Assembly (NCBI GenBank): GCA_047602425.1
Contig: JASGHG010000001.1
Span: 1,024,001 to 1,088,000, forward strand
Length of the DNA stretch: 64,000 nucleotides
DNA from: Nibricoccus sp.
GTDB lineage: Bacteria; Verrucomicrobiota; Verrucomicrobiia; Opitutales; Opitutaceae
Direction: 5' to 3'
Both the position numbers and the translations under genes were made by a program. This document shows, piece by piece, positions 57,573-64,000 of this stretch. Position 1 is the first letter of the stretch, and each line of letters opens with the position of its first letter. The notes beneath the pieces are model-generated. The model saw only the letters and a program-made list of their open reading frames with translations. It was not told the DNA's origin and did not search any database.

Positions 57573-58793
57573 ATGAATCGTTTCTGCACCTTCCTCTGCC
57601 TCGTCATCGCAACCGCGTTCGTGCTCCCCGTATACGCCGCACGCGCCAAGCCCACCCGCCCAAAAGCGGCTTCGGATACACCCATCTGCAAATACAAAGG
57701 TTACATCGTACTCGATGCGGCAACCGGCAATGTGCTTCTCGAAGAGAATGCCGACGTCATCACCCCGCCCGCCAGCATGACCAAGCTCATGACGTTCGCG
57801 GTCATCTCCGATAAACTCCAGCGTGGGGAAATCGCTCTCGACACTCCCGTTAGGGTCGACGCCTCCGATGCCGGCATGGGTGGCACGCAAGTCTACCTCG
57901 ACCCCCGCGAAATTTTTTCCGTCGAGGACCTCATCTACGCCCTCATGATCCAGTCCGCAAATGACGCCTCTCACGCGCTGGCGCGCTCTTCCGCCGGTGC
58001 CGTGCCGATTTTCGTCGAACAGATGAACGCCAAGGCGAAGGAAATCGGCATGACCCGCACCACCTTCCGCACGCCGCACGGCCTCACGTCGAAAAACCAA
58101 AAACTTTCTGAAGGAGATCTCACCACGCCGCGCGACTTTGCCATTCTCAGTCGCTACCTCGTCCTGAAAACCGATGTGCTCAAGTACTCCTCGGTGCGCG
58201 ATCGCGATTTCGCCCCGAACCGACCCAAAGGTCCTATTCACATGGAGAACCACAATCGGCTCATCGGTCGTGTCATCGGCGTCGATGGACTTAAAACCGG
58301 CTACACCGAAAATGCCGGTTACTGCCTGAGCGCCACCGCCGAGCGCAACGGCCGCCGTGTCATCGCCGTCATCATGGGCTGCTTCGGCCCCAACGGCGAA
58401 AAAGATTTCGGCCGCACGCGCGACCAGAAAATGATCGAGCTCCTCGAACGCGGTTTTGCGGCTCTCAATGCCGGCCCGGCGCCCGCTGCACCCGCCGCCA
58501 CTTCCCTGGCGAAACCCACTCCACCCGCGGCAAAACCAAGTACAGCCGCCACCGCCAAACCCGCGCCCAAGCCCGCACCGGCCACTAAATCCGCTCCGCC
58601 TTCCGCGCCGACTGTCACCCCGAAACCCGAACCTGTCGCGCAACCCGAGCCTGTCTCGCCTGTGTCTCCTGTGAGCCCCTCAGATTCCCCCGTGCAGTCC
58701 GGCTCCGGCAGCCCAATCTCGCCTGTTACGGAAAACACGTCGAATGCCGACGCTCCCGCGGTGAAATTCGAGCTGCCCAAGAAGAATAAGTAA
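57573..58793 (+). CDS. D-alanyl-D-alanine carboxypeptidase (peptidase S11) with a Pro/Ala/Ser-rich tail
   Basis: SxxK (ASMTK), SxN (SAND), KTG (GLKTGYT). Confidence 0.92.
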   Translation: MNRFCTFLCLVIATAFVLPVYAARAKPTRPKAASDTPICKYKGYIVLDAATGNVLLEENADVITPPASMTKLMTFAVISDKLQRGEIALDTPVRVDASDAGMGGTQVYLDPREIFSVEDLIYALMIQSANDASHALARSSAGAVPIFVEQMNAKAKEIGMTRTTFRTPHGLTSKNQKLSEGDLTTPRDFAILSRYLVLKTDVLKYSSVRDRDFAPNRPKGPIHMENHNRLIGRVIGVDGLKTGYTENAGYCLSATAERNGRRVIAVIMGCFGPNGEKDFGRTRDQKMIELLERGFAALNAGPAPAAPAATSLAKPTPPAAKPSTAATAKPAPKPAPATKSAPPSAPTVTPKPEPVAQPEPVSPVSPVSPSDSPVQSGSGSPISPVTENTSNADAPAVKFELPKKNK

Positions 58794-58834
58794 GCGGGGC
58801 TGCGCCAAGTCACCGCCAGAACGCCCGCACGCGC

Positions 58835-59512
58835 ATGAACCGATTCCACTCCGCGTTCCTGCCGTTGCTACTGCTGGTTCTCGCCGGTTGCACCACGAGC
58901 AAACAGAAAAGCGCCGAAGTGCATCAGGGGAAAGTCGGGGCCACCGAAATCACGAGTTTTAGTCCCATTCCCGCCGGAGCGACCGTGGAGCCCATCATCC
59001 CGGCAGAAGTGCAGAAGCTCAACAAAACGCAGGTTGAGCCCGCAGTTGCTGCGCCCGACGCGTATTCGCTGCAACACCGCGTTTTTCCCGACTTGTTGTT
59101 CAAGACCGAAGGACAATTTTTCGCTTCGCTTCACGGCGGCGAATTTGAACGGCTTCGCGAAATCATCGCCGAAAACTATGGCGCTGCCTACTCCAAGGCC
59201 ATGCGGATGAAATCGGTTAGTCAGCCGGACATCGTCTTCATCACTTTTCCCGAACCCGCCCGGGCTCCGCTTTGCTATCACGTTGCTTTGATAAAAAAGG
59301 ACACGACCTTCACCTATCTCGCCCTCGAAAAATCCGACGACCTCCTCGGCACCGGCATAAAATCGGCCTTCTGCGGCTGGACTGCCGACGGCAGTCACGT
59401 CAACTACGGCGACCGCACCTATACCTCACTTACCGATTTCGAGGAAGAAGTGAGAGCCTTTCTCGCCAGACAAGGTAGCCCACAACCATCCGCCAGCACC
59501 ACGCCAAGGTGA
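58835..59512 (+). CDS. Hypothetical lipoprotein
   Basis: Lipobox LAGC; FCGWTADGSHVNYG. Confidence 0.75.
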   Translation: MNRFHSAFLPLLLLVLAGCTTSKQKSAEVHQGKVGATEITSFSPIPAGATVEPIIPAEVQKLNKTQVEPAVAAPDAYSLQHRVFPDLLFKTEGQFFASLHGGEFERLREIIAENYGAAYSKAMRMKSVSQPDIVFITFPEPARAPLCYHVALIKKDTTFTYLALEKSDDLLGTGIKSAFCGWTADGSHVNYGDRTYTSLTDFEEEVRAFLARQGSPQPSASTTPR

Positions 59513-59529
59513 GAAATGCGCAAATCGCC

Positions 59530-61461
59530 ATGAAAAACGTGGTCTTGAACGATGCGCCCCTGCCCGCCAGATCTCGCCGCGACTGCATCGCTTGGTTCCT
59601 GATTTTTGCGTGCTGCGTGCTCGTTTATTTTCCCGCGCTCAATGGCACGTGGCTCTGGGACGACGATGGCCACGTCTGCAAGCAGTCCCTGCGCTCACTG
59701 CACGGCTTGTTCCGCATTTGGACCGATCTCGGCGCCACTCAGCAATACTATCCCATTCTGCACACGGCCTTCTGGGTCGAGTGGTTTTTATGGGGCGAAT
59801 CTTTGCTCGGTTATCACTTAACCAACGTCCTGCTCCACGCCACCGCGGCCTGCCTCGTCATTGCCATTGTGCGGCGGCTCGCGTTGCCCGGCGCTTGGCT
59901 GGCGGGCCTGCTTTTCGCGCTTCACCCCGTCTGCGTCGAATCCGTCGCGTGGATCAGTGAGCAAAAAAATACGTTGTCCACCGTTTTTGTTCTCGGCGCC
60001 GTGCTGCTCTATTTGCGCTTCGACGAAAACCGAACCAAACGTCATTACACCTTCGCCTGTCTTCTTTTCGCCTGCGCTCTTTTAACCAAATCCGTCACCG
60101 CCATGGTGCCCATCGCTCTCGTCATCACTTTCTGGTGGAAACGCGGACGCTTGGGCTGGCGTGAAGATATTTTACCGCTCTTGCCCTGGGTCGTTGCCGG
60201 CGCGAGCGCCGGACTCTTTACCGCCTGGGTTGAACGCACCTACATCGGCGCCCAAGGCTCCGACTACCTGCTCTCACCGGCCCAACGTCTTCTCCTCGCG
60301 GGACGCATCCCCTGGTTTTACCTCTCAAAATTGGTTTGGCCAACTGATCTGATTTTCATTTATCCGCGCTGGTCACCTGACGCCACCGTGATCTGGCAAT
60401 GGTTTTTCCCTGCCGCCCTCGCCACAGTTATCGCGGGACTTTGGTTGCTTCAAACCCGTTACCGCGGCCCCCTCGCTGCGCTGCTGGCTTACCTGGCGCT
60501 GCTTTTCCCGGTGCTGGGTTTCGTGAACATTTACCCGTTCGCCTTTTCCTTCGTCGCCGATCACTTTCAATACCTTGCCAGCCTTGCGATCATCATCCCC
60601 GTGGCATCGATGCTGGCTCGGATGGCGCAGCGTTTCTTCCCAGAAAAACCGCGTTGGCTCGCATCGCTCCCTGCGGCAGCACTGCTGGCGATACTCGGAT
60701 TGCTAACCTGGCGTCAGAGCCATCTGTACCGCGACAACGAAGTGCTCTACAAAAGCACCCTGGCTCTCAATCCCCGCTGCTGGCTGGCCTACAATAACCT
60801 CGGCAGCATCATTAACGCGACGCCCGGCCGCTCCGCCGAGGCGATCGCATGTTACAAAGCCGCGCTTGCCATCAAGCCCAATCATCCGGAGGCAAATTTC
60901 AATATCGCGAATATCCTCGGAAAAAATCCGGCCACCGCGGCCGAAGCCATCGGCTACTACGAAGCTGCTTTGCAGGCGCAACCGACCTACACCGAGGCGC
61001 ACAACAATCTCGGTTCGCTTCTCGCAAATGACCCGAACTACTTGCTAGAAGCCATATCTCATTTCGAGGAAGCCATCCGACTCCAGCCCGACTTCACCGC
61101 AGCCCACAATAATCTTGGCACCGCCCTCGCCCGCGCTGGCCGACCGTCCGAAGCGATCCGATACTACCGGATTGCCGCTAAGTTGGATCCAAGTTTGGCG
61201 GAAACTCACTTCAATCTCGGCAACGCCCTCGCCAAAAACCCCTCGTCCCACGTCGAGGCGATTGCCTGCTACGAGGAGGCCATTCGCCTGCAACCGCGTT
61301 ATGCGGAAGCCCACGTCAACCTCGGCGTGCTGCTCTCGCAAATTCCGGAACGTCGAGCCGATGCCATCGCACATTATGAAGCTGCTTTACGCGAGCGACC
61401 TGATTTAGAGGCCGTCAAACGCGCGCTGGACCGGCTGAAATCGGTTTCGCCGTCACCGTAG
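59530..61461 (+). CDS. TMTC-like GT-C membrane glycosyltransferase with C-terminal TPR repeats
   Basis: WDDD after TM1; YHLTNVLLH, LFALHPVCVESVAWISE, ADHFQY; repeated AHNNLG TPRs. Confidence 0.85.
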   Translation: MKNVVLNDAPLPARSRRDCIAWFLIFACCVLVYFPALNGTWLWDDDGHVCKQSLRSLHGLFRIWTDLGATQQYYPILHTAFWVEWFLWGESLLGYHLTNVLLHATAACLVIAIVRRLALPGAWLAGLLFALHPVCVESVAWISEQKNTLSTVFVLGAVLLYLRFDENRTKRHYTFACLLFACALLTKSVTAMVPIALVITFWWKRGRLGWREDILPLLPWVVAGASAGLFTAWVERTYIGAQGSDYLLSPAQRLLLAGRIPWFYLSKLVWPTDLIFIYPRWSPDATVIWQWFFPAALATVIAGLWLLQTRYRGPLAALLAYLALLFPVLGFVNIYPFAFSFVADHFQYLASLAIIIPVASMLARMAQRFFPEKPRWLASLPAAALLAILGLLTWRQSHLYRDNEVLYKSTLALNPRCWLAYNNLGSIINATPGRSAEAIACYKAALAIKPNHPEANFNIANILGKNPATAAEAIGYYEAALQAQPTYTEAHNNLGSLLANDPNYLLEAISHFEEAIRLQPDFTAAHNNLGTALARAGRPSEAIRYYRIAAKLDPSLAETHFNLGNALAKNPSSHVEAIACYEEAIRLQPRYAEAHVNLGVLLSQIPERRADAIAHYEAALRERPDLEAVKRALDRLKSVSPSP

Positions 61462-61468
61462 CGGCTAT

Positions 61469-61711
61469 CTACTTTTTGGCAGCGGCCTCGGCGCGCTTCT
61501 GCCGTTCCTGATCCTCTTTCCGCTGGGCGTTTTCAATCCAATCGTGATCGTCCGCCATCCGTTGCGCCTCCGCCATATCGGCGGCAGCACCGCTTTTTTT
61601 CAATTGCTCGGGGCGAGTCGCGAAATTGGAAGTACTCCACTTAAACGACTTGCAACCTCCAAAAGAGGAAATGACTGCGAGCGAAAACAATAGGATCTGG
61701 AATATTTTCAT
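61469..61711 (-). CDS. Small putative lipoprotein
   Basis: Hydrophobic leader ending FGGC; 80 aa. Confidence 0.6.
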   Translation of the reverse strand: MKIFQILLFSLAVISSFGGCKSFKWSTSNFATRPEQLKKSGAAADMAEAQRMADDHDWIENAQRKEDQERQKRAEAAAKK

Positions 61712-61733
61712 TGGGCAATATTCCCTCTCAACG

Positions 61734-63128
61734 TCATTGCAGCTTGTAGGGACGCCTGAGAATACGCGCGTAAAGTTCGTCGAAGGCCGCGCCTGTGCGC
61801 TGATCCGCGATATTTTCGCCGGTGCGAATGGTTTTTGTCGGTAGAAAATTGTTCACGAGCACGCAGTAGTCGCGATTGACCATGATGCCGAGGAGTTCGC
61901 CGGTCTTACTCAGCACGAGATCGCCGGCCGAGGTCGAAAAATCGCCAAACAGGCGTTTCATGAGCCGATTGTCCATACGCACGTAACTGGGTTCCTCCGG
62001 ATCGAGCTTGAACGCAACCTCGCCGTAACCCGTGCCGCCATTGCTGATCAGCACGGCTTCCGGAAATTTAAAAGGCTCCAGCGCCGTTTGGTATATCTTT
62101 ACTCCGATCGCCTTGGCCTGCGCCGGATCGACTGGAATCGCGATGATGCGCGGATCGCACGAAAGGAAACGGATGTCGGGCGCGCCGCCCTTGTAAGCGC
62201 CTTTGGCAAACGTCACGGTCAGCTTGTCGAGATCGAGCGAATTCTCCCGCAGCACAAACGGCGTGTCGTCCACATGCACCAATGCGTAGACTTGCTTGCC
62301 GTCCGCGACGAAGACCGTTTTTGCCTCTTTCGTCTTGTTTCCCGGACCGAAGAGAGAAGCGCGGGCGGCGTTGAAGGTCGTGCTAACGCGGTTCGCGAGA
62401 AAATCGTTGAAAAGCGTATTGGCGTTGATCGGGCGGTTTTCGCGGATTTCGGTCGTGAGCTGGTTCGATTGTTGTGCGAGTTGGCCCACGCCTTGGGCCA
62501 GCTGTACGGTGGTTTCCTGTACTTTCTGGCGCTCTGTGCGCTCAGCTTCGACCTGCGTCTTGAGCGATTCGGCGCTTTCCTTGAGCAGAAGTTTTTCCTG
62601 CTCGGCGACTTTCACCGCCACGCTGAGATTTTCGATCTTGGAGCGTGCCTCGGCTTGCGCGGCTTCCATTTGCGCGAGTTGTTGTTTCTGGCGCTCGGCT
62701 TCGGCCTGGCGTTGCTCAAGGTCGCGCTGCAATTGCGCCAGACGCTCCTTCGACATCGCCGCTTCCTGTGTGACGGTTTCGACGCGACGGCTGAGCTCCT
62801 GCGCATTGCGTTGGGTTTCCGTGAGCGTGTTGGCGAGGCGCGATTTTTCAGACTCCAGTGAATTCAGGTTTTTCTCGCGGTCCTGTAAATTGGTTTGGGT
62901 CGTCTGAAGCTCCTGCGCGAGTTGCTGGCGCTGGGCACGTTCGTCTTCGAGGGAAAGCTTCATCATGTCTACCATGTCGGTCTTGGTCGTGGCCTGATTA
63001 CCCCCGCTGGCCATCGCGGGCACGGGCGCTTGTTGCGGGCGTGCAGGCTCTGACTTTTCCCAATTGGTCAACGCAAGGATGTTGAGCAAAAGGAAATCGC
63101 AGATAACAAGGAGGAGAGTCTTGTTCAT
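61734..63128 (-). CDS. Single-TM protein with intramembrane Asp, long coiled coil and trypsin-like C-terminal domain
   Basis: LLLVICDFLLLNIL; Q/E/R-rich heptads; GDLVLSKTGELLGIMVN. Confidence 0.8.
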   Translation of the reverse strand: MNKTLLLVICDFLLLNILALTNWEKSEPARPQQAPVPAMASGGNQATTKTDMVDMMKLSLEDERAQRQQLAQELQTTQTNLQDREKNLNSLESEKSRLANTLTETQRNAQELSRRVETVTQEAAMSKERLAQLQRDLEQRQAEAERQKQQLAQMEAAQAEARSKIENLSVAVKVAEQEKLLLKESAESLKTQVEAERTERQKVQETTVQLAQGVGQLAQQSNQLTTEIRENRPINANTLFNDFLANRVSTTFNAARASLFGPGNKTKEAKTVFVADGKQVYALVHVDDTPFVLRENSLDLDKLTVTFAKGAYKGGAPDIRFLSCDPRIIAIPVDPAQAKAIGVKIYQTALEPFKFPEAVLISNGGTGYGEVAFKLDPEEPSYVRMDNRLMKRLFGDFSTSAGDLVLSKTGELLGIMVNRDYCVLVNNFLPTKTIRTGENIADQRTGAAFDELYARILRRPYKLQ

Positions 63129-63137
63129 GACGCTTGG

Positions 63138-64000
63138 TTAGGCAGTCTTCGAAGCAGGGGGCGGCGGAGGTGGCGTGGCGGCGGAAGGCGCGGCGGGGGT
63201 CGGGACTTTGGCGGGGGCTATCTGGGCGAGCGGTGTGGGTTTCGCCGCGGGCACGGAGGCCACCAATGCGGCGGGCATGGCTGGCGCGGGCGCCTGGCTG
63301 TCGAGAATCAACTGGCGCTTGTAGGGACGCACGTGGCGAATTTTCACGAGCGCTACACAGGTGATGCCAAAAAGATTCGACGAGTAGGCCGCGAGCAGGT
63401 TGGCGGGCACGATGCCCAGAACCTGCAGGACCAGCGACATCGCCGTACCGCCAATGCCGATATAGAGGCCGCCGTCGAAAAGGTTCTCCTCGTTTTCCAT
63501 GAGGCGCAGCTTGACCAGCGGCGAGACGGACGAGCGCGAGATCTCGCGGATTTTTCGCAGGCAGAACAGATACATCGCGACCTGCAGCGCGGCGAAGAAG
63601 ATGATCGAAGCTATCGTTTTTGTTTCCATGGTGACAGGGGGAGAAGGCGGCGTTTGAGGTTGAACATCAGAGGTGTTGGCAAGAACAGGAATGGTGATCT
63701 TAAAGCGAAATTCCGAAGGGGGAGCAGCCTTCAATAAAAATGGTTCGGTCGCCACCACGAGCAGACCAGCCGTCAGGATGGCCAGCACGCTACTCTGCAT
63801 GCGCAACGGAGACCCGTGACCGACATGCGATTCGACGAACTCCCTTTGCAAACCGGCAAATAGGCAAAAAGCGCCGAGGAGAAATCCTACATATTTCAAA
63901 ACAAGAGTGATTCGCGGATACAGTAATGCCACTTCCGCAATCCAACCCAACGCGGGCCCGGCCTTCCGGTTGATTGGCACTTGGTAGAGCATCAATTGCT
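63138..64000 (-). CDS. Membrane protein with a MotA/TolQ/ExbB-like C-terminal three-TM module; 5' end outside window
   Basis: Frame open to the window edge; GLYIGIGGTAMSL (GxxGT) and LLAAYSSNLFGI. Confidence 0.7.
   Translation of the reverse strand, partial: QLMLYQVPINRKAGPALGWIAEVALLYPRITLVLKYVGFLLGAFCLFAGLQREFVESHVGHGSPLRMQSSVLAILTAGLLVVATEPFLLKAAPPSEFRFKITIPVLANTSDVQPQTPPSPPVTMETKTIASIIFFAALQVAMYLFCLRKIREISRSSVSPLVKLRLMENEENLFDGGLYIGIGGTAMSLVLQVLGIVPANLLAAYSSNLFGITCVALVKIRHVRPYKRQLILDSQAPAPAMPAALVASVPAAKPTPLAQIAPAKVPTPAAPSAATPPPPPPASKTA

Noticed and set aside
58470..58760. Repeat element in the DD-carboxypeptidase tail
   Set aside because: Low complexity is at protein level (Pro/Ala/Ser, codon-phased) with no non-triplet DNA periodicity.
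61734..64000. Zorya (ZorAB) anti-phage system
   Set aside because: The partner has no OmpA-like domain, the A subunit has no long cytoplasmic tail after its TMs, and no ZorC/D/E is downstream. Kept as an unclassified motor-like pair.

Overview
64 kb of GC-rich bacterial chromosome. Gene content and protein style suggest Verrucomicrobiota, probably Opitutaceae (inference). It is mostly housekeeping and metabolic: an L-arabinose operon with a divergent LacI regulator, a DUF3857/transglutaminase pair, an ABC exporter, an ECF-sigma/Spy-CpxP envelope cluster, ferredoxin, an MCP, tRNA-Val(CAC), nth, gcvP, a ZnuD-like TonB-dependent receptor, panE, nadB, panC, dapL, cysCDN, a GH44 glucanase, a hybrid kinase, tRNA-Ser(GCT), rlmI-like, prfC, a DD-carboxypeptidase and a TMTC-like GT-C/TPR protein. 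No CRISPR array, integrase, transposase or rRNA was seen. Best leads: (1) a divergent MotA/ExbB-like plus membrane-Asp partner pair whose partner has a coiled coil and trypsin-like domain (61.7-64 kb); (2) a His-rich RAPP-ending leader ORF with hairpins upstream of the ZnuD-like receptor; (3) a ~500-bp array of degenerate 21-bp palindromic units at 31.2-31.7 kb; (4) short-period (6/7/10 bp) repeat elements, some inserted in frame in prfC and gcvP; (5) a repeated GTAAC-N17-CGTAT ECF promoter motif. Two genes have single-base frameshifts that may be assembly errors. All family calls are by eye from motifs; no database search was run.
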